This document shows, piece by piece, positions 1 to 11,577 of a stretch of DNA of 64,000 nucleotides. The stretch's first letter is position 1; every line of letters starts with the position of its first letter. The notes beneath the pieces were generated by a model. That model searched no databases. It saw nothing but the letters and a program-made list of their open reading frames with translations, and was not told where the DNA came from. Location of the stretch: NCBI GenBank assembly GCA_963695875.1, contig CAVOID010000003.1:320001-384000 (forward strand), written 5' to 3'. This stretch comes from an uncultured delta proteobacterium (GTDB lineage Bacteria > Desulfobacterota > Syntrophia > Syntrophales > UBA2185). The position numbers and the translations under genes were made by a program.

Positions 1-660
1 CTGCCTGAAATTCCACTTGAATGTATCCGCAACTGGTCCGATCTGGTTCGCGTGGCTTAATAATCCGTAACCGATGAGCAGAATGTGGGTTACCACGAAG
101 GTGATAAAAATAGGCGTGAGGACTGTTACAGACTCTTTCATTCCCCTCAAGTTCATGACAACAAGGAGGAGGATTAAAGAGACCACGAAGATCAGTTTGT
201 ATTTGAGATAGACAGGGGGTAGAAAACTAAAGAGGGCATCGCCACAGGAAGCAAGAGATACTGTGATAGTCAATACATAATCGACGAGAAGGGCGCATCC
301 GGATATAACGCCTGCATTTTTACCGATCATATGGGTGGAGACAATATATCCACCGCCTCCGTGGGGAAAATGCTCAATGATGCGGGTATAGGCGTAGGAG
401 ATGATAAAGACTGTGAAAGCGGTTGCCAAGGCCAGGAAGACAGCAAGATAGCTGTGGGGACCCAGGGCCTTAAATGCCTCTTCCGGACCGTATGAGGAAG
501 AAGACAGGCCGTCGGCTCCGAGGCCGATCCATGCGAGGACGGGGATGAGAGATATCTTGTGAAATATTGAAGGTTCGTGGATATCTCGAGGCGGGCCGAT
601 TAATCTACGGCGGAACTTCGCAAAGATGTTTAATCTGTGCTCCGAATCATCAGAGTTCAT
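1..660 (-). CDS. APC-superfamily transporter, KimA/YdaO-like (5' part; runs off window)
   Basis: Manual translation from ATG 660: MNSDDSEHRL...WIGLGADGLSSSSYGPEEAF...HFPHGGGGYIV...LLVDYVLTITVS...MNLRGMKES; motifs typical of KimA/YdaO-type permeases. Confidence 0.8.
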   Translation of the reverse strand, partial: MNSDDSEHRLNIFAKFRRRLIGPPRDIHEPSIFHKISLIPVLAWIGLGADGLSSSSYGPEEAFKALGPHSYLAVFLALATAFTVFIISYAYTRIIEHFPHGGGGYIVSTHMIGKNAGVISGCALLVDYVLTITVSLASCGDALFSFLPPVYLKYKLIFVVSLILLLVVMNLRGMKESVTVLTPIFITFVVTHILLIGYGLLSHANQIGPVADTFKWNFRQ

Positions 661-725
661 AAAGTTAGATACGTGCCGTAGGTTTATTTCCTCAGGTTTA
701 TAATCCTGGTATAGGGTAAAACTCT

Positions 726-1013
726 TTACGCTATAGGGTTTTCTATATGAATACCCTCACCGACCTGGCCGCAAAGGAAACCGTGCTTTCCATTGAGGTG
801 TGTACCCTGTTCATCATATATTCTGATTGAAAAATCTTCGGTGAGTACCTTGAGATTAAGTGTTTTGCCATCTGCGATTGTTATCTGTATCGGCTTGCAA
901 TGCGTGGGAAGATTATCAGTATCACTGTCCTTAAAGGACAGTTCGATGTTTTCCGGGTTCAATTGTTAGTGTGGCGGTTTGCAGTGAAAATACCCCTCCA
1001 CTTTCATTTCCAT
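726..1013 (-). CDS. Small hypothetical protein (start uncertain)
   Basis: ORF 726..962; upstream ATG at 1013 is in frame but separated by a TAA, possibly compensating indels; lies below promoter 1083-1111. Confidence 0.4.
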
Positions 1014-1082
1014 TGAAAAGAATAGTGTAGTTAAAATGCCGGCTGATATTTGTTATCGTTAATTTGGAAGCCATTGGTGAGT

Positions 1083-1111
1083 ATTATAAAATGGGCCGCA
1101 GATGGTGTCAA
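1083..1111 (-). promoter_or_regulatory. Consensus sigma70 promoter
   Basis: Minus strand TTGACA-17 bp-TATAAT. Confidence 0.8.
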
Positions 1112-1189
1112 ATGAAAATGGGGTGAGTATGCCATCCAATCGGTATGTTTGCACTTTGTCAGTTATCAGAATGATCCTGGATATCAGAT

Positions 1190-1562
1190 TCAATATCCCA
1201 GAAGCACCTGCCGTACCATCTTTAGCAGATCTTCACCTTTGAAAGGTTTGGCAAGGAAATATTGACCACCGACAATGTGGCTTGCAGGCACCTCGCTTGA
1301 CTTAACGGCACCTGTAAGAAAAATGATGGGAATCTTACATGTAACAGGGTCATCTTTTATTTCCTCCGCAACGCTGGACCCGTCCATGTCCGGCATTATT
1401 ATGTCCAGTATGACGGCGTCGGGTTTCAGCAGTTTACATTTTTGCAATCCTTCCTTGCCAGTGTGAGCAGTATAAACTTCATAACCACTTAGTCTTGAGC
1501 CAAGATTCCACTATTTCAACTACGTCAGGATCGTCATCAACAACAAGAATTCTTTTTTCCAT
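1190..1562 (-). CDS. Single-domain response regulator (receiver), one apparent frameshift
   Basis: GAGGAGG RBS; MEKRILVVDDDPD...PDAVILDIIMPDMDG...PIIFLTG...AKPF; frame break near 1490. Confidence 0.9.
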
Positions 1563-1591
1563 AACGCCTCCTCATTGATATTTAATGACCA

Positions 1592-1709
1592 TGAATCCTG
1601 TAACGAACGCACTCCTCGTGGCTTACTGTGTGGTAAATGGGCTAACGTTTAATGTTAATATCCTTTAAGGATCGTATTTTCTCCGCACTTTACTACGGAG
1701 ATCTTCAAT
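1592..1709 (-). repeat. Degenerate copy of two-hairpin miniature element family A
   Basis: Reverse complement ATTGAAGATCTCCGTAGTAAAGTGCGGAGAA...TTACCACACAGTAAGCCACGAGGAGTGCGTTCGTTACAGGATTCA aligns end to end with 53272-53389. Confidence 0.8.
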
Positions 1710-1759
1710 ATCAGATTAGGTATTATTGGAATCTCTAACTTCTTAAAATGGTTAAAATG

Positions 1760-1787
1760 ATTATATGAGATTGCAGAGTGTTGTCAA
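1760..1787 (-). promoter_or_regulatory. Sigma70 promoter for the response regulator
   Basis: Minus strand TTGACA-16 bp-TATAAT. Confidence 0.7.
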
Positions 1788-2281
1788 GTTTATATTTACA
1801 TTGACAGATTCCGTTTTTATGAACTCAGAAAGAAATGATAAAAATATTGACAAAGCATAATAGGCCATGTTAACTCGCATCGAATATTATTGGCTTGGAT
1901 TCTTTTTGGATTGTTGGCGGTTATTATTTGTGCAAGATAAAATGATGGATTGTGTAAAGATGATTTTAAATGAAAAGGGAATCCTGAATGCCAGTAATAC
2001 CCTATAGAGCCGGATTTTGTAATACTGAAGCTTGGCCAGTTTAGCTGGAAAAGCATAGTAAGTTTTTACGTTTGATTTTATGCCAGCCTGTGGTTCAATA
2101 CTGAATCGCATTGAACATATTTGGAACATTTTTATTGTTTCTGAACCTGAAATCAATACTTTGAAACGCTTGACGACTAGCGAAAGACCGTAATGTCAGA
2201 GATTTCTTAATGTGTGGTTCTAGTCATGACCATTACGAGGTTCTTCGCAATTATATAATGTCATATATTAAAGGAGAAGAG

Positions 2282-4691
2282 ATGATGTGTAAAAAAAATG
2301 TGTTTCTCAAAGCAGGCATTTTAGCGTTCCTTTCCATTTTGTTTGCAACCCCTATTTTTGCAAGCGAAGCGGAGCTGAACATTCCTGTATTAAGCGCACA
2401 GCAGAATCATCTGGTTGATGATCGGATTTCTGATTTGCTTCGCCGGAATGGTGTTTGGCCTTTATCAATATTCCAAGGTCAAGAAACTCCCGGCCCACAA
2501 ATCCATGCTGGATATATCTGAGATCATTTTCCAGACCTGCAAGACCTATCTGATTCAGCAGGGCAAGCTGCTGATCGTTCTTGAAGTATTCATCGGTGCC
2601 TGTATCGTTTACTATTTCGGCGTCCTTCAGCACATGGGCATGAACGGCGTCCTTATTATTCTGGCCTGGTCCGTCGTGGGTATATTAGGTTCATACGGAG
2701 TCGCCTGGTTCGGTATCCGGATGAATACTCTGGCCAATAGCCGGATGGCCTTTGCTTCCCTGGAAGGCAAACCGATAAAGCTGCTCAATATTCCTCTTAC
2801 CGCCGGCATGAGCATCGGGGTCCTCCTGGTTTGTGTGGAACTCATCATGATGCTCGTCATTCTGGTCTTTATGCCCCGTGACGTGGCCGGCGCATCCTTT
2901 ATCGGATTCGCGATCGGAGAGTCGCTTGGCGCGAGCGCGCTGCGTATCTGCGGCGGTATCTTTACGAAGATCGCCGACATCGGTTCTGACCTCATGAAAA
3001 TCGTCTTCACCATCAAAGAGGATGACCCGAGAAACCCGGGCGTCATCGCCGACTGTACCGGAGACAATGCAGGTGACAGTGTCGGACCGACTGCCGACGG
3101 TTTTGAAACCTACGGCGTTACCGGAGTCGCCCTGATCAGCTTCATAGTCCTCGCCGCATTTCCGCAATATCAGGCGGAACTGCTTGTGTGGATCTTCGTT
3201 ATGCGTATCCTGATGATTATTACCTCGATCGGCTCCTACTTCATCAACAAGGTCGTCTCAACCGCGGTCATGGGGGACAAAGAGAAGGTTAACTTCGAGG
3301 CCTCTCTGACATCGCTCGTCTGGATTACATCGATTATTTCGATCATTGTGACCTTCGCCATCAGCAAATGGCAGCTCGGTCATTACCCGGATAACCTGTG
3401 GTTCAAGCTTTCGATTATCATCAGCTGCGGTACACTCGCGGCGGCGCTGATCCCGGAACTCGTCAAGGTATTCACGAGTTCGAAATCCAAGCACTGCGCC
3501 GAAGTGGTCACGGCGGCACGTGAAGGCGGCCCTTCTCTCGATATCCTTTCCGGCTTCGTCGCCGGTAACTTCAGCGCCTTCTGGCTCGGCATTTCCATAG
3601 CCGCACTGATGTTCGTTGCTTACTATACCAGCACATTCGGGCTCTCCAACTTTATGGAATATTCGTCCGTCTTCGCGTTCGGTCTTGTGGCCTTCGGTTT
3701 CCTCGGAATGGGCCCTGTCACGATTGCAGTCGACAGCTATGGTCCGGTTACGGACAATGCCCAGTCCATTTATGAGCTGTCTCTGATTGAGACTATCCCG
3801 AATGTTGAAAAGGAAATTGAAAAAGAGTTCGGATTCAAACCCCGTATGGATGTAGCCAAGCACTATCTGGAAGAGAATGACAGTTGCGGAAACACCTTCA
3901 AGGCGACAGCCAAGCCGGTTCTCATCGGTACGGCCGTCGTGGGGGCCACGACCATGATTTTCTCCCTGATTCTTCTGCTCCGAAAGGCCCTCGGAATCCA
4001 GCCGGAAATGATCTTGAACCTGCTGAATCCCTACACACTGCTCGGATTCCTCTGCGGCGGAGCCGTTATTTACTGGTTTACCGGTGCATCCACCCAGGCT
4101 GTCACAACCGGTGCTTACAGAGCCGTCCAGTATATCAAGAAGAACATCAAGCTTGACGATGCAGCCAGCCTCAGTGCTTCCACGGAGAGCTCCAAGGAAG
4201 TCGTCAAGATCTGCACCCAGTATGCGCAGAAGGGTATGTTCAATATCTTCATCGCGATATTCTCCTTCGCCCTGGCCTTCGCATTCTTCTCCGCACCTGT
4301 TTCCGGACCCGAGGCCGCTTCCTTCTTTATCAGCTACCTGATCTCGATTGCCGTATTCGGTCTCTTCCAGGCGATTTTCATGGCCAATGCCGGCGGATGC
4401 TGGGACAATGCCAAGAAGGTCGTTGAAGTTGATCTGAAACAAAAGGGAACACCCTTGCACGCTGCTGCCGTTATTGGCGACACCGTCGGCGATCCCTTCA
4501 AGGATACATCTTCGGTCGCTTTGAACCCTATCATCAAATTCACAACACTGTTCGGACTTCTGGCAATGGAAATGGCCATCGCTCCGGGGATGAGAGAGAG
4601 CGCCGGAATCGTGGGCATCGTATTCTTCCTTATTGCACTGATCTTTGTCTGGAGATCCTTCTATGCGATGCGAATTCCACTCGATCAATAA
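2282..4691 (+). CDS. hppA: Membrane-integral pyrophosphatase, K+-independent signature
   Basis: GGIFTKIADIGSDL, EDDPRNPGVIADCTGDNAGD, DSYGPVTDNA, GNTFKAT, GDTVGDPFKD; signal-like N-terminus from 2282 joined by a frameshift near 2415. Confidence 0.95.
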
Positions 4692-4755
4692 ATAGGAATT
4701 GTGACTGCTTAAAAGAAAAAGGCTGCATTAAAATATTTAATTTTAACTTTAACCA

Positions 4756-4786
4756 GAGGGGGCTCGTAACACCGGGCCCCTTTTTT
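4756..4786 (+). terminator. Intrinsic terminator after hppA
   Basis: GGGGCTCG...CGGGCCCC stem followed by TTTTTT. Confidence 0.85.
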
Positions 4787-4807
4787 AATTCTGAGACTTG
4801 CTCTTTT

Positions 4808-4914
4808 TGAAAGCTCCTCACCCACGGGGCGAGGCTTCCCGGAAAGGAAGATATGCTAACATTTACTCCTCATCCCGCCTGCAAAGTGGGGCTTGCGGGA
4901 TGGGTTCCCGGTCC
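4808..4914 (+). repeat. Degenerate copy of miniature element family B
   Basis: AAGCTCCTCACCCACGGGGCGAGGCTTCCCGGAAAGGAA...GGGGCTTGCGGGATGGGTTCCCGGTC is collinear with 53453-53561. Confidence 0.8.
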
Positions 4915-5174
4915 ATGCTGAGCTGAAGAAAAAATCGTGGTCGAATAAACCCGAGCAAGCGAGGTGGGTCTAAGAGTCTCAGGTTTAATTCCCCGTAACT
5001 TACAGCGGGAATGTGAAAACAAACTGATTCGCTTTGTTGGGTATTAAAGTGTTTGCTTTTGCCGAGGAAAAGAAGAAAGTTTTTGATAAAAGTGCGAGGC
5101 TCCTTATAATTGAGCAATCAATTATCAATAACTGAAAAAAATGGAATTTAAACCGAATTACTTCTCCGCATCTT

Positions 5175-5474
5175 TTATACTCTCTTCCTTGATTCTTCCT
5201 TCAGCTTTTCGAGTTCTTCCCTGTATTGTTCAGCCTGGGCCTTGACCATTTCAATTTCTTCCTTAGCCTTTGCCAGACTTTCCTCTTGCCTTTGCCTTTC
5301 TTCCCTGAGTTTATCCTGGATCTCATCGAGGCCGATATAGACGGCAAGGATTCCACCAAGTATAAAAACAATAGGGAGTCCACCCTTCAGCATGGTAATA
5401 AAATCAGCAAACCAGAAAATTAGACCTAAGAGTCCGATAATTACTGAAACACCGCCGCCAATAAGCAACGTCAT
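5175..5474 (-). CDS. Small membrane protein, two TM helices plus coiled-coil tail
   Basis: AGGAGG RBS; hydrophobic N-half, E/K/R-rich C-half. Confidence 0.8.
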   Translation of the reverse strand: MTLLIGGGVSVIIGLLGLIFWFADFITMLKGGLPIVFILGGILAVYIGLDEIQDKLREERQRQEESLAKAKEEIEMVKAQAEQYREELEKLKEESRKRV

Positions 5475-5863
5475 GGCTTAACCTCCTTTTTCATAATTAA
5501 TTCATAATTTAGTGCGTTTGCAATAAATTGTCATAAGGTACTAATATACAGGAATATTTGGTTGCTGCATAGCATAAAAAGTATGTTCAAGCAAGATGAA
5601 AGTCCAAAAAAAACAAGGGAATATATAGATAAATAAAGAAAAAAGAATATCGGAAATCGGGAAAATATCCCTTGACATTATTATTGATGATCTCGTAAGA
5701 AGTCGCAAATATGGTAGATAGGCAGCTTTGTAAAAATCAAGAATATAAACATAAATTTTGAAATGTCATTCCCGTCCCCGCCTCTGCGGGGATAAGTTTC
5801 ATGCTTTGTAGTGCTAAAAAACGGGTCTGAGTATTTATGATGAAATTTATTAGGAGGGACTAA

Positions 5864-7011
5864 ATGGTGAAAACAATTTTTAAGACAATTTGTGTGCTAT
5901 GCTTTGTTTTTATTGTTGCAGGAAATTCCTGGGCGGCGGAGCCGATCAGGATAGGGGCCCTGTTTGCGGTAACCGGTCCTCCCTCATTTTTGGGTGAGCC
6001 GGAGCGTAACACGGCCAACATGATGGTCGATCAAATTAACAGCAGGCCGGCGGCATCAAAGGGCGCATGCTGCGACTGGTGGTCTACGATACACAGGGCG
6101 ATGCTACCAAGGCGGTACAAGCGGCCAATCGACTCATCAAAGAGGACAAGGTAATCGCCATTATCGGTCCCAGCACGACCGGTGAGACAATGGCCGTTAT
6201 TCCCGTTGTCGGAGGCGGCGGGTATCCCGTTGATTTCCTGCGCTGCTGGAATCAAGATTACAGATCCGTTAAAGAAATGGGTCTTCAAAACCGCCCAGAA
6301 CGACTCTCTTGCTGTGGAGCGTATTTATGAGCATCTTAAAAAACGGAAGATGAATAATGTTGCCATCCTGACGGTTTCCGACGGTTTTGGCTCGTCAGGA
6401 AGGGAACAGTTGAAGCTCCGTGCTAAAGATTTTGGTATTACCATCGTATCTGATGAAACTTACGGTCCAAAAGATACAGACATGACTGCCCAACTGGTTA
6501 AGATACGCGGCGGCAAGGCACAGGTGTTAATCTGCTGGGGAACAAATCCGGGCCCTGCCATCGTTGCGAGAAATGCCAAGCAGTTGGGACTTAATATGCC
6601 GCTATACATGAGCCATGGCGTCTCTTCCAAGAAATTTATAGAGCTGGCCGGGGATGCATCCGAAGGGATTACTCCTTCCTTCGGGCGGGTGATTGTTGCA
6701 AATCTGATTCCGAAATCTGACCAGCAAAAAAAGTCGCTTCTTGCTTATGTAAATGATTACAAGGAGCATTTTAAGGTGGAGGGGGATCATTTTGGCGGTC
6801 ACGCGTGGGATGCTGTTATGCTACTTAAAAGATGTCATTGAACGTGCCGGGAGATTCTCCGGACGCCATTCGTAAGGAACTGGAAAACACCCGCAATTTT
6901 AAAGGCATCGGTGGTATATTCAGCTATTCTCCTCAAGACCATGCTGGGTTGACAAAGGATGCCTTTGTTCTTGTGACGATTAAGAATAAGAATTGGATGT
7001 TGGTAAAGTAG
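5864..7011 (+). CDS. Branched-chain amino acid type ABC substrate-binding protein (LivK-like), apparent frameshifts
   Basis: Signal peptide, IRIGALFAVTGP, YDTQGD, IIGPSTTG across ORFs 5864, 6067, 6182; C-terminus to TAG 7011. Confidence 0.9.
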
Positions 7012-7046
7012 TGTTTAAAATTTGGTAGATTGTTTCCTGAATAAAT

Positions 7047-7990
7047 TAGTGAAACTGTCATTTTGGGTATAAATATAGGTAAGGTGTTGCTGGAAAGGAG
7101 AAATAATTATTGAAAGCTTAATATATTTGATAGGTTATTATTGAGACTAAAGAATAATATTAAAGTGGTTCAATATTATGAAAAAAAAGTTGTTTAAGGT
7201 GCGGTTCTTTTGATGTCAAATTATATGGGCGTACGCGCAGCGGCTATCAGAGATTTAGATGCAAGAGATGTAATTACACTTACACATTTCATAATCACAA
7301 GAACAAGCTGCACAGAGAGAAGAAGAATTTTTTATTATGGGTCACAGAAGGATATTCGGTCAGGCAATTAGTCTCGATAAGCAGTCACGGGATCTGGAAA
7401 ATAAACCAAATAAAGAAGTATTGGTTGGCAAGATCTCCGGCTAGACGTGCTTTTGATTTAAGCGCGATCAGGTATTTGCAGTTTGATGGCACGTATTTCA
7501 AGCATGAAAACTGTCTAATGCTCTTAATGGATAATGCGACAAGCAAGGTCATCGCACATAAATACCATCATCGAGAGAACTATGAATCTGCATACCAAAT
7601 GTTTAAAGAGATGAACGATGGTGACCTTAATCCGGAAGCAATTACAATCGACGGCAACACCAGTGTAATTCGGGCATTGAAAGCTGTCTGGCCGGATATA
7701 ATTATTCAGAGGTGCATAACGCATATACAGAGACAAGGGTTGGCGTGGCTGAGGAGATATCCAAAGATTCAAGCGTCAAAAGATTTAAGAAGGATACTGT
7801 TAACTATAACCGAAGTTAAAGACAGAAGAAGGAGAGACATATTCATCACGGAATTTTGAGGAATGGGAAAAGCATTACGGCCAGATTGTGCAAGCTCTTC
7901 CATCAACTCATAAAGTGTATGGCGATTTACAAAGGACCAGGAGCTTAGTTCTGCATGCTTTGCCGAACATGTTTCATTATCTTGATAACA
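7047..7990 (+). mobile_element. Truncated IS256-family-like transposase remnant inside the liv operon; boundaries approximate
   Basis: Zn-finger-like start from ATG 7178 (CGSFDVK...QRFRCKRC), FDGTYF, ITIDG, QRCITHIQR; frameshifts and loss of C-terminus near 7990. Confidence 0.7.
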
Positions 7991-8142
7991 AACAAAGAGG
8001 GAATCTTATTAATTGAGATTTGCTATCAAGATTTTTCCTTCCGAAGAGATGATATCTTTTGCCTCAGAGGACATGCAATACAGAAAATGATCTACCAATA
8101 GTTCATATTAATGTCTTTTTCTACTTGTCACTCTATATTCCC

Positions 8143-9028
8143 ATGGAAGTTTTTGAGCAGATCCTGCAATACACTCTCTCCGGCCTCTCCACCGGCGCTA
8201 TCTATGCCCTTATAGGGCTGGGCTTTGCCATCATTTACAATTCCACCAGCATAATCAACTTTGCCCAGGGGGAATTTGTAATGCTAGGAGGAATGCTCAC
8301 CTTATTCTTCCATGTCACTTTGCAGATTTACTCTGCCTTTTGCCGTTATTCTTGCTATTCTGGTTTCTACAGCTGTAGGTGCCCTATTCGAACGACTTGC
8401 CATCAGTCCCCTCAAGGATGCTGAACCAATTATTCTTGTTATTATTACCATAGGCGGAAGCATCCTCATACGTGGGATTGCCATGCTCCTTTGGGGAAAA
8501 GATACATATGCCCTGCCCATGTTTTCCGGAAACGAGCCGATCGTTTTGTGGGGAGCCACGATTATGCCGCAAAATCTCTGGATTTTCGGTATCACGCTAA
8601 TAATTATCATGGCCAACCGGCTTTTTTTCTACCACAGTATAATCGGTAAAGCGATGCGTGCCTGTTCTTTCAATCGTGTGGCATCAAGCCTTGTTGGGAT
8701 TGATGTTAAGCACATGGTGTTTTTTTCTTTTGCAGTCAGCTCGGCCATGGGAGCTGTGGCTGGGATCATTATTGCACCGCTTACTATGACTTCATACGAT
8801 GTCGGCATCATGCTCGGACTGAAGGGATTTTGCGCTGCCATCATCGGGGGTATGAGCACCGGTATCGGAACTGTCGCCGGCGGGTTGATTGTGGGCATTC
8901 TGGAATCTCTGGGAGCAGGCTTAATATCCTCAGGTTATAAAGATGCCATCGCCTTTATCATTCTCCTCCTTATTCTATTTATCAGGCCTCAGGGATTGTT
9001 CGTAAAGGGGGAGACGGAAAGAGTATGA
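8143..9028 (+). CDS. livH: Branched-chain amino acid ABC permease
   Basis: GAIYALIGLGFAIIY...INFAQGEF...GKAMRA...GLKGFCAAIIGG; frameshift near 8320. Confidence 0.9.
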
Positions 9029-9044
9029 AACTTACGACGGATGT

Positions 9045-10014
9045 ATGAAACACGAACTGCTTAAATTTTTTATATTTACCGCTGTCATCCTTATCGCACC
9101 GGTGTTTCTCAGCGGCGGTTATCTGATGAATGTGCTCATATTCGTCGGTATCTATACTATTTTAGCCGTGGCGCTGAACCTGTTGCTGGGACTTGCCGGT
9201 CAAATTTCTCTGGGACAGGCGGCTTTTTTCGGCCTCGGCGCATATATCTCCGGTGTATTGACGGCAACACACGCCGTTAATCCGTGGTTCAGTATGGTCA
9301 TCGCCATCGTTGCCGTGGGCATGATTGCCTTTATTGTCGGTTTTCCCATCCTTAAACTCAAAGGACATTACCTCGCCATGGCGACCCTCGGCATGGGAAT
9401 CATCGTGTACATAATATTTAACGAGACTGTCGATTTGACGGGCGGCCCTTCAGGTCTGCCGGGAATTCCCCACCTTTCTTTCGGCGGGATTATTTTTGAC
9501 AGCGACTTGAAGAATTATTATCTAATTTGGTTTTTTACCATTGTGGTCATTCTTCTGTCCGTCAATCTGGCAGCATCAAGGATCGGGAGGGCTCTTCGGG
9601 CTATTCATGACTCTGAGGTGGCTGCCCGTATCATGGGTGTTAATGCAAGACTGCTCAAGGTGCAGATTTTTACCATTTCCGGTATGTTTTCTGCCCTGGC
9701 GGGAAGTCTTTACGCCCATACAGTGACCTTTATATCGCCGACGTCTTTCGGATTTAATGTCTCCATAGAACTGCTTACCATGGTAATCATCGGAGGCCTG
9801 GGCAGTATATACGGGTCTTTCCTGGGTGCGGCCATATCTGACCTTGTTGCCGGAATTTTTCAGGACATTTCAGGACTACGATATTATCGTTTATGGCATC
9901 ACTCTGATCGTGATAACCATGTTTATGCCGGGTGGTCTGGTGCGGGGTGTACCGCTTCTGGTCAGATCCCTGTTTAGGAGGAGGCGACATCTGCCCCTTC
10001 CGAAAAAAGGGTAG
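9045..10014 (+). CDS. livM: Branched-chain amino acid ABC permease
   Basis: GQISLGQAAFFGLGAY, LKGHYLAMATLG, SRIGRALRAIHDSE; frameshift near 9836. Confidence 0.9.
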
Positions 10015-10033
10015 GGATAGAGAGGATTTCAGG

Positions 10034-10787
10034 ATGCTAAAAATAGAGCGCATGACCAAAATCTTCGGTGGTCTTAAAGCGTTAGATGATGTCTCTTTTT
10101 CTATTTCAGCGGGCGAGATTACGGGTATTATCGGTCCCAACGGAGCCGGCAAAACAACCCTGTTCAACATTATAACGGGTATCTATAGCCCCACATCGGG
10201 CAGGGTCTTTTATGAAGGGAAAGATATAACCGGCTTTCCGCCGGAAAAGCTTGCCAGACTCAGCATGGTGCGCACATTTCAGGGTATTGAATTGTTCGGC
10301 CAGATGACCGTTCTCGAAAACGTCATGGTTGGTCTCCATACAAAGTCGCGAAGCGGCATCATTGCATCGGCTTTTAAATTGCCCGGACATTTGCGGGAGG
10401 AACGCCGCATCAGGGAACAGAGCCGCTTCCTGGCTTGAATTTGCCGGTATCACAGATCTGGCACATACGGAAGCGGCTAATTTACCCTTCGGCAAGGGGA
10501 GACTGCTGGAGATTGCCCGTGCCATGGCGATGGAGCCGCACATTATCCTCATGGATGAACCGGCGGCAGGTCTCAACAGCAGGGAGACTTCCGACCTTGC
10601 CGAGCTGATTAAAAAAATAAAGGATTCAGGGGTCACGGTGGCGCTTGTCGAACATGACATGGAACTGGTTATGGAAATCTGCAGCCGGATTGTTGTTCTC
10701 AATCTCGGGCACAAGCTTGCGGAAGGGACACCGCGGGAGATTCAGGAAGATGAGAAAGTGATCACCGCTTATCTGGGAGAGGATTGA
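10034..10787 (+). CDS. livG: ABC ATP-binding protein
   Basis: GPNGAGKTT, RTFQ, DEPAAG, EHDM, AYLG; frameshift near 10420. Confidence 0.9.
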
Positions 10788-11531
10788 TGCTGAAAGTTAA
10801 AAACATCAACACATATTATGGGAAACTGCATGCCCTGAAAAATATCTCCCTGCATGTCAGTGCCGGGGAGATCGTTGCCCTGATCGGAGCCAACGGCGCC
10901 GGCAAGACAACAATTCTGAATACCATCTCGGCTGTTATCCCTCCTGCGAACGGCGAAATACATTTTGACGGTGCTGTAATCAACAACCTGTCTCCGGATA
11001 GCATAGTCAGGCTCGGCATCTCCCAGGTTCCCGAAGGCAGGCAGATTTTCAAACCCCTTTCCGTTGAGGATAATCTTGAACTTGGCGCGTATCTCCGCTA
11101 TCGGGCCGGAGAAAAAAGAAAAGAAATCATGCAGGATAAGGAAACAGTCTACGCGCTTTTCCCGCAGCTTCAGGAAAGACGGAAACAGCTTGCGGGGACC
11201 CTGTCGGGAGGCGAGCAGCAGATGCTGGCCATAGGCCGGGCTCTCATGGCAAAACCGAAGTTACTCCTGCTGGATGAACCGGCCATGGGACTTGCTCCCA
11301 TTTTGGTTCAGGAGATATTTCGGGTGATCGAGGAACTCCGCAGGCAGCAGGGGACTTCCGTGCTTCTTGTGGAGCAGAATGCGCGGGTAGCGCTGAAGGT
11401 CTGCTGATCGGGGATATGTCCTGGAGACGGGTAAGGTGATTCTTGAAGAGACCGCATCCGAGCTTCTGGCGAATAAGGATGTGCAAAGGGCATATCTCGG
11501 CAAGGATAAGAAGGAAATCTGGGAACGTTAG
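10787..11531 (+). CDS. livF: ABC ATP-binding protein
   Basis: GANGAGKTT, VPEGR, LSGGEQQMLAIGRAL, VEQNA; frameshift near 11400. Confidence 0.9.
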
Positions 11532-11577
11532 AAGAAGAAGCTTTGCAATTTTTCAAAGGTTATGAATATAACCGGAG

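Noticed and set aside
660..1190. c-di-AMP (ydaO) riboswitch expected upstream of the KimA-like gene
   Set aside because: Conserved ydaO motifs were not found by eye.
3258..4688. Long antisense ORF (also 53677..54564)
   Set aside because: Shadow of GC-rich sense genes with no recognisable motifs.
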